A DNA stretch of 42,430 bases from a virus, in IMG/VR virus record IMGVR_UViG_3300031578_000123, positions 1 to 42,430 of that record. One strand, written 5' to 3'. This document shows, piece by piece, positions 22,774 through 32,700 of this stretch; positions within the stretch are counted from its first letter, which is position 1, and each line of letters begins with the position of its first letter. The notes below the pieces were generated by a model that saw nothing but the letters and a program-made list of their open reading frames with translations, searched no databases and was not told the DNA's origin. The position numbers were made by a program, and so were the translations under genes.

Positions 22774-23286
22774 ATGGGAGCTAATGTGGCTACTTCCGCT
22801 ACTCCTGAGGATATTGCTGAATCCATAGTACCATATTTCCCTGAGGATGGCAAGAAGTCCAAATACCTAGCTTACAGGGTTTGTGGCTTTAACATCAGGG
22901 AATCCATGAGCCTTGCCAATGTTTCACTTACCAGCATCAGAAGGTGGCGTGAGGCTGATGAGGAATTTGTCAAACTAGATACCACAGGGCTTAATGAGCT
23001 AAAGGAAAAGCTTAGTGCTAAATACCTCAATGTTGAATTCACCCGCAACTTCCACCTAGTCCTGCAAAAGGACTTCAATGTCCTTGTCAAGAGCATCAAG
23101 GCTCCAAACAGTCTAACTGTCCAAGAGAATCAGTACCTTCTCAAACTAAGGGCTTTCTATACCCCTCAGCAGTTTGCCGTGATACAGGAATTGGTAGGTG
23201 AAGCTGTTGGTCCAGGGTTTGATTTTACCAAGCTCATCTTTGAGGTTAGGAGAGAAAGGGAAGAAGTGAGGATAACCAGTGAATAA
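22774..23286 (+). CDS. HTH DNA-binding protein (regulator or small-terminase-like)
   Basis: YRVCGFNIRESMSLANVSLTSIRRWREADEEF is HTH-like. Either a leaderless ATG at 22774 or a GTG at 22786 after GGGAG. Confidence 0.65.
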   Translation: MGANVATSATPEDIAESIVPYFPEDGKKSKYLAYRVCGFNIRESMSLANVSLTSIRRWREADEEFVKLDTTGLNELKEKLSAKYLNVEFTRNFHLVLQKDFNVLVKSIKAPNSLTVQENQYLLKLRAFYTPQQFAVIQELVGEAVGPGFDFTKLIFEVRREREEVRITSE

Positions 23287-23306
23287 ATACAAGGTGGGGG
23301 ATAATA

Positions 23307-23444
23307 ATGGATTGCCCACATTGCCACAAACCAATGCAGTTGGTCAAGGAGACCAAACATGAATCATTGTACAAATGTCCCATCTGTCACCGTACTGAGC
23401 TTAGGAAGAATAATAAACCCATTGCGGAATTAAAGGAGAATTAG
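23307..23444 (+). CDS. Small zinc-ribbon protein (45 aa)
   Basis: CPHC...CPIC; AAGGTGGGGGA RBS; below the track cutoff. Confidence 0.5.
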   Translation: MDCPHCHKPMQLVKETKHESLYKCPICHRTELRKNNKPIAELKEN

Positions 23445-23690
23445 ATGGAAACATTAACTAGCCTAATAGTCATTGGGGTAGTGGTTGCTGGCAATGTAAT
23501 TGGTTGGGTTTACAGCTATGGCAAGTTGTCACAGAGGGTTGAGGACATAAATGGTACTTATGTTAGCATGGCTAAGAGTTTGAAGGAGCTTGATGGTAAA
23601 GTTAATGGCATCAGTCGTCATGTGGCTAACCTTGAAGGAACATTAACAACATTTATGGAGCTTATGAAGGAGAACCGTGGCAAAGGGTAA
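23445..23690 (+). CDS. Membrane-anchored coiled-coil protein (lysis-related?)
   Basis: N-terminal TM LIVIGVVVAGNVIGWVY, then a helical region; AAGGAGAATTAG RBS. Confidence 0.55.
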   Translation: METLTSLIVIGVVVAGNVIGWVYSYGKLSQRVEDINGTYVSMAKSLKELDGKVNGISRHVANLEGTLTTFMELMKENRGKG

Positions 23691-23806
23691 AAGAGCTACA
23701 CTAAGGCAAAAGGTAGCTGGGAGACACAATCTGATGAAAGCTCAGGTGATGAGGATTGGTGCAAGAGGCATGAGGTACAAGAGGAGATTACCAAAAGGTT
23801 ATTGAT

Positions 23807-23989
23807 ATGTTTAAGGAGAATGTAAGACCAATAGGTGCTTTGGTGTGTATTGTTACCTTGTGCATCTTAGCTGTCTTTGATGGTTGTGGTGCATCTACTA
23901 CTCCACAATGGGCAATAGGCATCTTAGGTGCTGTGGCTGGTGAATGGCTTATAGAGCGTGGGGTTAGGAAATCTAAAGGAGGAGAATGA
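23807..23989 (+). CDS. Two-TM small membrane protein (holin-like)
   Basis: Two hydrophobic segments and a charged C-terminus in 60 aa. Confidence 0.5.
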   Translation: MFKENVRPIGALVCIVTLCILAVFDGCGASTTPQWAIGILGAVAGEWLIERGVRKSKGGE

Positions 23990-24198
23990 GTAAGTACCAC
24001 AGATACCATGATGGTGAATCCCAGATAATAGACACAAAGGGTGAATTGCTGAAGTTGGCTTGTTGTGATTGTGGCTTAGTGCATTATGTAGCCGTAACCA
24101 TCATAGATGATAGTTTGGTTAAGCTACAATTTGTTCAGGATAAAAGAGCCACGGGACAATTACGCAGACATAAATGGGGGAATCTACAAAGGAGGTAA
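23986..24198 (+). CDS. Hypothetical protein
   Basis: 70-aa ORF, ATGA-coupled, GGAGGAGA RBS. Confidence 0.55.
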   Translation: MSKYHRYHDGESQIIDTKGELLKLACCDCGLVHYVAVTIIDDSLVKLQFVQDKRATGQLRRHKWGNLQRR

Positions 24199-24201
24199 AT
24201 A

Positions 24202-24300
24202 ATGGCAAAATGTCCTGGAAGCAAGATAAGGTCAAAGGGTAAAGGGAGAGGATTAGGTACTGGGAAAGGTAAAGGTCCAATAGGGAGGCATAGGAGATAA
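24202..24300 (+). CDS. Micro-ORF, 32 aa, Gly/Lys/Arg-rich (MAKCPGSKIRSKGKGRGLGTGKGKGPIGRHRR)
   Basis: AAGGAGGTAAATA RBS; TAATG-coupled to the downstream gene. Confidence 0.4.
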   Translation: MAKCPGSKIRSKGKGRGLGTGKGKGPIGRHRR

Positions 24301-24593
24301 TGTCTGCCGTAGGTGAGGTGTTCTCTGACATCCAATCTGTGGAAAATAATGCCTATCTAGACATTAGACCAGCCAGTGGCAAGGAAGCTGTGGTCAATAA
24401 TATCTATTTCGAGGATGATGTGGAGATTTCCTTCTATGATGGAACTAACGAGGTGGATTTTGATTCTGCCACTGGTGCAGGTATCTATTCCAGATTTGGG
24501 TTTGATGTAACATATACTGATAGGATAAGGGTGAAGAATGTTGGTGGTGAGGCTCATCCGATAGGCTACTCAGGAAGGTACACAAAGTCATGA
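24300..24593 (+). CDS. Hypothetical structural-region protein
   Basis: 97-aa ORF, coupled on both sides. Confidence 0.6.
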   Translation: MSAVGEVFSDIQSVENNAYLDIRPASGKEAVVNNIYFEDDVEISFYDGTNEVDFDSATGAGIYSRFGFDVTYTDRIRVKNVGGEAHPIGYSGRYTKS

Positions 24594-25633
24594 TAAAAAC
24601 ACCAGAAACATTGGATATGCTTAGGGATGTTAATATTCCTTCTCCAACGGATGATTATGTTCTGGCTTATAATGCTACCACTGGACTATGGGAAGCTGTT
24701 GCTGCATCTGGTGGAGTAACTGACCACGGTGCATTAACAGGTTTAGCTGATGATGACCATTCCCAATACCACACCGATGCTAGAGGTGATGCCAGATACC
24801 TATACCGTGAGAATGTGGCTGCATTTACTCCTGATGGTAATTATGAACCTGCTACTAAGAAATATGTGGATGATAATATCGGTGGCGGTGGGCTCTCCTT
24901 TCTGGAATTTACCATTGAAGAACATTTCATGGATGTATTACTTGATGCTGGTGGAGCTAATGGCACGGGTAATCCAGCGATAGCTCAGAAGGTTATTACT
25001 GCTGTTGGTTGCACAGGGCTAACAAAGGCTAATGGATTCTTGGTAATAGAACTAAAATGCACAGCAGGAACACTTGGTGAAGTTGGACAAATAGAATTAA
25101 CTTCCTCAGGAACATGGGATGATGAAGAATGGCATATTGACCCTCCTTGGAGTGATATAACCACTGAGTGGAAAACCTTTATCTTACCATTAGCAAATGC
25201 AGTAACACAGGGTGGTGAACTTAATCCTTCCAAAGGCATAAGTTTTATTAGATGGTATAATATTTCCACTGATGGCAATGTAACCATTTATTGGAAAAAT
25301 GCTCATATCCGTTATGCGGTTCCCATACCTACGGGTGTTTCAGGTTATCTTGAGGTTCCTGCAGCTTGCACAATTAGCCAAGTAACCATGCTTGCCAATG
25401 AATCAGGCTCAATTATTGTGGATATTTGGAAGGATACCTATGCTAATTTCCCACCAACTGATGCAGATTCAATAACCGCAGTAGCACCACCAACCATAAC
25501 CACAGCCCAGAAGTCCCAAGATAGCACCCTCACCAACTGGACTATATCACTATCTGCTGGGGACATATTGGCTTTTAATGTGGACTCATGCACAACCATC
25601 ACTAAGGTAACAATTATTATTAGAATGTCATAA
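24590..25633 (+). CDS. Tail fibre-like protein
   Basis: N-terminus LRDVNIPSPTDDYVLAYNATTGLWEAV and DDDHSQYH are typical of phage fibre N-terminal regions. Confidence 0.65.
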   Translation: MIKTPETLDMLRDVNIPSPTDDYVLAYNATTGLWEAVAASGGVTDHGALTGLADDDHSQYHTDARGDARYLYRENVAAFTPDGNYEPATKKYVDDNIGGGGLSFLEFTIEEHFMDVLLDAGGANGTGNPAIAQKVITAVGCTGLTKANGFLVIELKCTAGTLGEVGQIELTSSGTWDDEEWHIDPPWSDITTEWKTFILPLANAVTQGGELNPSKGISFIRWYNISTDGNVTIYWKNAHIRYAVPIPTGVSGYLEVPAACTISQVTMLANESGSIIVDIWKDTYANFPPTDADSITAVAPPTITTAQKSQDSTLTNWTISLSAGDILAFNVDSCTTITKVTIIIRMS

Positions 25634-25644
25634 GGAGGTGAATC

Positions 25645-25830
25645 ATGGCAAAGAAATGGATAGCAAAAGCCATCAAGAGACCAGGTGCTTTACACAAAGC
25701 ATTAGGTGTTGCTAAGGGTGCAAAGATTCCTGTTGGTAAAATCCGCAAAGCAGCTAAGGCTAAGGGTAGATTAGGTAAACAGGCCAGATTAGCCTTGACA
25801 CTAAGAGGATTCCGCAAAGGGAGGAAATAG
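25645..25830 (+). CDS. Highly basic small protein (DUF3008-like pattern)
   Basis: KRPGALHKALGV..GAKIP...IRKAAKAKGRLGKQARLALTLR; AAGGAGGTGAATC RBS. Confidence 0.55.
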   Translation: MAKKWIAKAIKRPGALHKALGVAKGAKIPVGKIRKAAKAKGRLGKQARLALTLRGFRKGRK

Positions 25831-26013
25831 ATGGCTAGGTATAAAACTGTTAAGCTAAAGCGGTGGAAGGTCTTAAAAGTAGCCATAAGGAAGCATAAGC
25901 CAGGTTTAGCTATGAGGGCATTAGGTATGTATAGGCTTCCACAGACCCTCAGAAGGCTTTATACTCCACAGACCACAACTGCTATAATGGGTGGATTCAA
26001 ACCAAGAAGGTAA
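25831..26013 (+). CDS. Highly basic small protein
   Basis: 60-aa ORF immediately upstream of TerL; GGGAGGAAATAG RBS. Confidence 0.5.
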   Translation: MARYKTVKLKRWKVLKVAIRKHKPGLAMRALGMYRLPQTLRRLYTPQTTTAIMGGFKPRR

Positions 26014-26021
26014 GGAAATAA

Positions 26022-27581
26022 ATGTCAACCCAGACTGCATTATTTGAGGAGCTTATCCACGATAAGGTGAAATTCATTGAATCATTACTCCTTATCGAAA
26101 ATAAGCAATCCAGGCGTGTACCGTTCATCCTAAATCCAATCCAGCGTGATGCCCACAGGGTTGAGACTGGTAGGGATATGTGGGTCAAACCTGCACAGGT
26201 TGGATTTAGCTCTGATAGGTTAGCTACCAGACTAATAGATACCATTACTACTCCTGGCACCAACACTGTCCTAATAGCTTATGAGGAATTCATTACCCAG
26301 AGATTATTGGACAGAGCACAATTTTTCTACAATGTACTTAACTCCTTAGGCATCCCAGGGTTTCCCCAAATGAGCCACCATTCCTCATATGAAAAGACAT
26401 TCCCTGACATCCATAGCTCCATGTATATCAGTTCCGCAAGGAGTTATGTTGCTGGTAGGGCTGAGACTATCCATCACCTATTGGCGGATGAACACGCTTT
26501 TTGGGAACCAGGAGCAACTGAGAGAATCCTGGCTCCAGCCATAGACAGGGTTCCTCCAGATGGCACAATAGATATACTATCCACTCCTAATGGTCAATAC
26601 AATGATTTCCATGATATGTGTATGATGGCTAAGGAGGGTGAATCTGTATTTGCATACCATTTCTATCCTTGGTTCATGCACCCAGAATATAACTTAACCA
26701 CAGATAGTATATTACTAACCAAGGATAGTGCTCCTGGATGGGCTAGGGAGCTTAGAACATATGAGCTAAATCTTGACCCAGATGAAGATAAATTAGTTAA
26801 TAACCACAATCTAACATTTGACCAAATTCGCTGGAGGAAGTATAAAATCCAGGAAAAGAAAAGCCTGAGAAGGAGTGGCGAGCTTGTTAAACTATTCCAG
26901 CAAGAATACCCTGAGGATGATGTATCCTGTTGGCTGGCTGCTGGAGATATGTATTATGACACCGATGTGGTTAACCAGTTAGCCAAGGGATGTTACCCAG
27001 CACCTATACATGAATACAATGCTAATGTATGGTATCCTCCAGAACAAGGCAAGTGGTACCTAGTGTCCATTGACCCAGGACAGGCTAAGGTTACCCAAAC
27101 AGCTATTGTTGTCCTAAACTTCCAAGATGATAAACCTACCTATTGTGCTAGGGCAGCAGGGTTATGGGGACCAGAAACCACAGTGCACCATGCTTTGGAA
27201 CTAGCCAGATATTACAACAATGCTATGGTAACATGGGAAGCAAATTCCCATGGATTGGCAATAGCTCCATTGATAAAGGGTTGGCCGAATGTTTACTTTC
27301 GAAGGGATGTAGTTAGTGGCAGGGAATCCAGTGAATTGGGATGGTTGACCACTCCTAAGACTAAGGATTTCATGCTCCACACAACTGCAAGGATGCTAAA
27401 TACCATGACCGTGCATGATATAGATTTCCTCTCTGAATGTAGAAATATCCGTTTGGCTGGAGATAAAGCCGTATCGGTAGGTGCCGATGACATCCACGAC
27501 GCTGTTTGCATTGGGTTAGTTTGTAGAGATAGCAGACCAGTAAACCGTGGATTTGTCGGTACCTCAGGTTATAGGTGGTAA
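26022..27581 (+). CDS. terL: Terminase large subunit
   Basis: Walker A-like KPAQVGFSS, Walker B HHLLADEHAF, coupling motif LSTPNG, nuclease-domain VSIDPGQAK; 519 aa. Confidence 0.9.
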   Translation: MSTQTALFEELIHDKVKFIESLLLIENKQSRRVPFILNPIQRDAHRVETGRDMWVKPAQVGFSSDRLATRLIDTITTPGTNTVLIAYEEFITQRLLDRAQFFYNVLNSLGIPGFPQMSHHSSYEKTFPDIHSSMYISSARSYVAGRAETIHHLLADEHAFWEPGATERILAPAIDRVPPDGTIDILSTPNGQYNDFHDMCMMAKEGESVFAYHFYPWFMHPEYNLTTDSILLTKDSAPGWARELRTYELNLDPDEDKLVNNHNLTFDQIRWRKYKIQEKKSLRRSGELVKLFQQEYPEDDVSCWLAAGDMYYDTDVVNQLAKGCYPAPIHEYNANVWYPPEQGKWYLVSIDPGQAKVTQTAIVVLNFQDDKPTYCARAAGLWGPETTVHHALELARYYNNAMVTWEANSHGLAIAPLIKGWPNVYFRRDVVSGRESSELGWLTTPKTKDFMLHTTARMLNTMTVHDIDFLSECRNIRLAGDKAVSVGADDIHDAVCIGLVCRDSRPVNRGFVGTSGYRW

Positions 27582-27582
27582 A

Positions 27583-27789
27583 ATGAAATTAACTTGGGAA
27601 GAATGTCATGCTTTTGTTATAGGATTCGGTCATGCCATTTGGATTTGGAAAAGACTTCCAATGCCATTAAATTATAAGAATCCACTAGAAGAGGAGTACC
27701 ACTATTATGTTGCTGGTGGTGCTACCGCTGTACTTATAATGGTGGGTATTATTGTTGGTATGATAATTTACATAGGGAGGCTAATATGA
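27583..27789 (+). CDS. Small membrane protein
   Basis: ATG at 27583 after GGTGGTAAA; C-terminal TM GGATAVLIMVGIIVGMIIYIG. Confidence 0.55.
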   Translation: MKLTWEECHAFVIGFGHAIWIWKRLPMPLNYKNPLEEEYHYYVAGGATAVLIMVGIIVGMIIYIGRLI

Positions 27790-29468
27790 CTGAGTTGACT
27801 TCAAGGAACATAATAACCCAGTGTACCGAGCTAAAGAATTATTGGAGTGTTAGGAATAAGCAATTCCAAGACTGGTATGACATATTGTTATTGACCAACG
27901 ACTTGGAACAGGAGGACATGGAGAGTGTCATATCCAATGACCCTGGAACATCATTCAGAATGGCTCTCCATCTATTAACATCTAGTATCATATCCCATAA
28001 GATACCTACTGAAATGCTGGAACGCCCTGAGATAGTGGATACCAGCAAACTAGAGCATTATGTAACTAACCATTGGCTGAGACTAGGGAATAACCACAGG
28101 AGATTAGGTAAGCAATCATGGCTTAGGGAGCTGGTTAGCCTTATGTTGGCTACTGGATGGTATTCTGTATTTGTCCTAGCTACCCCGAATGAACTAATAG
28201 CTGAGGTCTGGAATCCGATGGAGGTATTCCCTGAATTCTCTAGTGATGGTTTGCTCCGCTGTGCCCATGTTTACCCACTAACACCAATGGCTGCAAACCG
28301 TAAAGCAAAGCTGAATAAGTGGCCTATTGAGAGACCATTCAATTCTCCTACCACCCTATACAATTACTTTGTGGTGGATGATGATGGTGATGTAGCTAAT
28401 GCCATCGTTCTTGGTAATAACCTTGTCAGACCAATAACCAAGCTTGCTAGGAATGAACAGGCATCCGATGTTATACCAATATTTGTGTCTCCTGTTGCTG
28501 GACTCCCTGATATGGGGATAATTAAATCTGGCAAAGGGTGGCAGAAAAACTATGGTGAATCCATAATTGCTGTAAATGCTGTGGAGTATAAGAACCAGAA
28601 TAAGATGCTATCCTATATCCAACAATTGGTTAGGGATTCTGCCAATCCAAGATGGTTTGAACAGTCCCGTAGTGATAAAGGTATATTGTCACCAGAGACC
28701 ATCTTCAAGCGTGGTGGTATATTCCGTGGTAGTCCAGAGGACAATGTTACTCCATTGCCAACTGTTCCAATCCCAGTAGAGATAAGAACCATACTATTTG
28801 ATTATGCCAATAGAATCCAGAGAGGTTTATTCCCTTGGGCTATATTTGGAAACGTACAGCAAACCACATCAGGTTATATGATGTCCCAAATTGCTGCTGC
28901 TGCCATGAACGCTCTTACTCCATACGCTGAGGCAATGACTGGACTGATAGGTGATGTGGATAATTACTGGCTCCATGAGATTAAGGAGCGTGGTCTTAAA
29001 CCATACAAACTTGAAATGCCAAAGAATATCCCACCTGATGCTGAGTTTGTGGTAGAATACAACATCAATATCCCTGGTAGCCTAGTCCAGCGAGCAACTG
29101 TGGCTAGGATGCTAGACCCAACCTTTAGATTTGATTTTGCTACCACTACTGATTTACTATTCCCCGAAATCAAAGACCCATTGAGGGTACAGGGTAGAGT
29201 CAACAAGGATGATGCTATGATGAATGAAATAGCTCAAGCCTTAGCCTTAATAGATGTTTACCGAACTATGGCAAGGGAAGCTAAAGAAGATGGGGATGCT
29301 ACTACCTCTGCATTGTACACCAAAGCTGCTGATGCTGTGGAAGCCCAATTAGGAGGAGCACAGCCAAAATCACCAGCACTACCTAGAGCCAAGGAGGTTA
29401 GGACAGCAGCACCAAGAGAGGAAGGGATGGCTCCTACACCGTCTGGTGGAGCACTTGAGGGAATGTAA
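27786..29468 (+). CDS. Portal protein (by position and size)
   Basis: 560-aa ORF directly after TerL and before the head genes; no motif verified. Confidence 0.65.
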   Translation: MTELTSRNIITQCTELKNYWSVRNKQFQDWYDILLLTNDLEQEDMESVISNDPGTSFRMALHLLTSSIISHKIPTEMLERPEIVDTSKLEHYVTNHWLRLGNNHRRLGKQSWLRELVSLMLATGWYSVFVLATPNELIAEVWNPMEVFPEFSSDGLLRCAHVYPLTPMAANRKAKLNKWPIERPFNSPTTLYNYFVVDDDGDVANAIVLGNNLVRPITKLARNEQASDVIPIFVSPVAGLPDMGIIKSGKGWQKNYGESIIAVNAVEYKNQNKMLSYIQQLVRDSANPRWFEQSRSDKGILSPETIFKRGGIFRGSPEDNVTPLPTVPIPVEIRTILFDYANRIQRGLFPWAIFGNVQQTTSGYMMSQIAAAAMNALTPYAEAMTGLIGDVDNYWLHEIKERGLKPYKLEMPKNIPPDAEFVVEYNINIPGSLVQRATVARMLDPTFRFDFATTTDLLFPEIKDPLRVQGRVNKDDAMMNEIAQALALIDVYRTMAREAKEDGDATTSALYTKAADAVEAQLGGAQPKSPALPRAKEVRTAAPREEGMAPTPSGGALEGM

Positions 29469-29722
29469 TGTGTGATATTTGTGATGTAATGCTAAGGTAT
29501 GGGATAACTGATGTCCATTCCAGCAAGGCTATTTCCTTGTGTCTGAATTGTCCTGAACCAGTGTGCCTATTGGGAGTAGACCATAAACAGCATATGTCCC
29601 ATGGTAGGATAGCTGAGGCTTCCAGACTAGCTGGTTCTGGTCTTGGTACAGCAGGGATAGCCAAGACAATGCACAAGAGCAAAAGACAGGTATTAAGATA
29701 TTTGGAGGAAGTAAATGCCTAA
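29468..29722 (+). CDS. Cys-rich plus HTH small DNA-binding protein embedded in the head module
   Basis: CDIC...CLNCPEPVC, then GSGLGTAGIAKTMHKSKRQVLRYLEE (LuxR/sigma region-4-like HTH by eye). Confidence 0.6.
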   Translation: MCDICDVMLRYGITDVHSSKAISLCLNCPEPVCLLGVDHKQHMSHGRIAEASRLAGSGLGTAGIAKTMHKSKRQVLRYLEEVNA

Positions 29723-32700
29723 TGGTTTTGCTGAAGAACTAAGGAAATGGAATGAACAACTCCAAGGGAGTATAACTAGGCTGACATCCGTTGAATCAGA
29801 GGTTGCGGGACTGAGGAAGAAAACTGAGAAGCCATTACCTTGGTGGCAGAGATTGATATTTTGGACTCCTCCGTCCCAATGGCAAACAGTAAGTAAATTG
29901 GCAGGGGAGCAGATTCCTTCTCCAGCTACACCAGAGTTTTGGGCTAAGAGACCTATTGAGGAGAAGCTACAAGAGGAACTTGTTGCCATAGATGATTATA
30001 ACCGTGCTGCATGGTTCTCCGTACTTTATTCTGTTAGTCCAGATGACCTTAGGAAGCTAGGTATCACCAGCTTTGAGGACTGGGTTGAAAAGCATCCTCC
30101 TGAGGCTGGGACATCCACCACTGATTTAACCAGAGCAAAGGAATACATAGACACAATACTTTCTGTTGCTGAACCAACAAAACCTACCATAGCTACTGAG
30201 GAAATGATAGCCGAAGGATTCCTTACAGAACCTTTGGAAACAAGACCTAGATTCAAGGGCATCCATATAACAACTGTGGAAGAAATGACAAAGTGGCTCA
30301 GGAAGGAAGTACCTCCAGTAGAACGCCCTCCAGGATTAACAGAAGGTGGATTGTTAGGCTATCTTAAGGAGGAAAGAGGTCTCAGTGATGAGGAATTAGC
30401 CTACATAGATGAATCCGTTAGTCCTTTTATACAGATGGTTGAAGAGTATGAGGAAGGAAGGGAACAAACAGCACGGTATAAAGCTGGGTTAGAAACTCCA
30501 GAAATGCCTGAATTGTCCATTGGTCAGAAGATTAAACTGATTGCTTCCCAACCGATACTAGCCTTGATTGACACCATGCAGCCCTATTGGACATATTGGG
30601 ACTACCCTAGGTCTGCTATCCTTGCCAGACTTTCACACCGTATTGAGGAGACATTGAGTTTTCCCATTACTATGCCTGGTGCTAAACCTACACCAGAGGA
30701 GGAAGGATTACTTGATGAATTGGATACTCTATATGAGGCTAACAGGGAAGCTGGCATGGATTATTGGATGGCTCACAGCAAAGCATGGCAGGATTGGGAA
30801 CTTAACCATTGGGCAAAGATGGGCATTGAGATAATCTCTGACCCTGTGTCATATCTTGGGTTTGGTCTCTTGATGAAGGCTGGGAAGGCAACCAAAGGTA
30901 TACCCGTCATAGGTAGGATAATGGGTGGGCTAGGCTCCTTTGAGCGTGGGTTTATAGCAGTTACCGAAGCGTTACCTACATTCATTAAGTCCAAAATAAT
31001 AAAACTTCCAAAAACCACAGGACAGAGGGCTGCTTTGGCTGGTGCAGAGGTTAGTGATACCATAATATCAGTGCATGGTAAGAATGCTTCTGGTTTAGGG
31101 AAAACATTAAAGCAGATAACTCCAGATGATTTTGTTAAACTAAATGAGGAGTCAATAGCCCGTGCAGTAGCACACCCAGATGTTGTTGACCCACTTACCC
31201 AGCTTGGTTGGTCTTATATCAAAAGAACTCCAATGACCCATAATGAACTGTTGGAATGGGGAGCTAAGGTTACCTCCAAACTAGGTCCTGATGATGTCAC
31301 ACCAGGCATGGTTGACAACATAGAGAGAATCCTTGAACACGCAAAGGTTAAGGGTAGCAGGTTTCCTGTTAACAACCTTGACCTAGCTGCTAAGGAAATC
31401 CTACTAGGAACCCTGAATGTGGCTGATTCACCTAGTAACATGAAGGTCATAAAGTCCTTAATCAGGAAAGCCTATAAGACCAGCATTGATGAAGCCTTAG
31501 AAACAGCACGATTACCAATAACCCAATCCATCAAGACCGCTTCCCTAAAAGCTGAGAATATAGTTTGGTCGGAAGCCACCGAAAAACTATTCTTTAAGAG
31601 GATGCACCAAGGCTATGTTGCTGGTATAATGCACGAAGTCCTTGACCCACTAGAAACCCAAGTATGGCGTGGTTTTATAGACAAACAAATAGTTATGCCA
31701 TTTGCCAGAGCATACCTCATAACTGGTTCCTATGCTCCTTGGAACTGGTTTGAAGAAGTATTCAGGACTGTGCTTGGTAGAGGTGGAGGAGTCTATGGCA
31801 AGAACGCTCCAGCTAGATTAGAAAATCTTGCTATGGGGTTAATGCTTGATAGGGATGTTCTTAGAGGAGCAGAATTAGCCAAGATGTCATATACCAATAT
31901 ATTGAAGAAAAGGTTGCTGAAACCTGGTGCTCCCGTTGGCATGGGTGAAATATCTGAGGCTGCATTACTCAAGGAAACTGCTGAGGCTGTTGGTAAACCA
32001 GCACTAGAGAAACTATTGCTCCTTGGCTGGTTACCAGGTGGCAAAGGTAGAGCAGTCCATGAGGCAATGTATTTCCCAATCAGAGCTTCCCAGTGGGCTG
32101 GTGGTATGCAGCGGGCTGGATATGTTGCTAAGAAATTCTTTGACAACCTTGATGATATAGCACCTGATACAATGGCAGCTCTCAGAGGAGCAAAGCCTTC
32201 TAAACCACCAAGCGTTATAGGTCAACCTAGGAAAGCACAAAAGGCTTTTCTCCAACGGTGTGATGATAATGCTTTTATTGGTCCAACAAAGACCGAGAAC
32301 ACACCTAGAGAGTTTTCCATGAAGAATACCTCCTTAGCCGAGGGTTATTCTGCCAGTCTAAAGTATCCTGAGCTTGGTGACACCAGAGATTTCATCCTAA
32401 GCCATATTGAGACTGATAATTGGGATAATGTTCTTGCTGTTACTGGTGAAGCCAAGACCATGATGGCGGATAACCTAATCAATTCTCCAGAAGGTAGTAG
32501 GATATTCCTCAAGAACATTACCGATGACATACTGAAAAATGCTGAGAAGGTAACCACACCAGATGAGCTTATGGGTTATGTGGATGCTCTTAGGGAAATT
32601 ACAGGGATAAATCCTAAAACCATCCAAAAGCTATTTGTTGGTCTCCATGACAAAGCATCCAAGCTACCATCAAAAGCAGCAAGGGTAGAAATGTATAATG

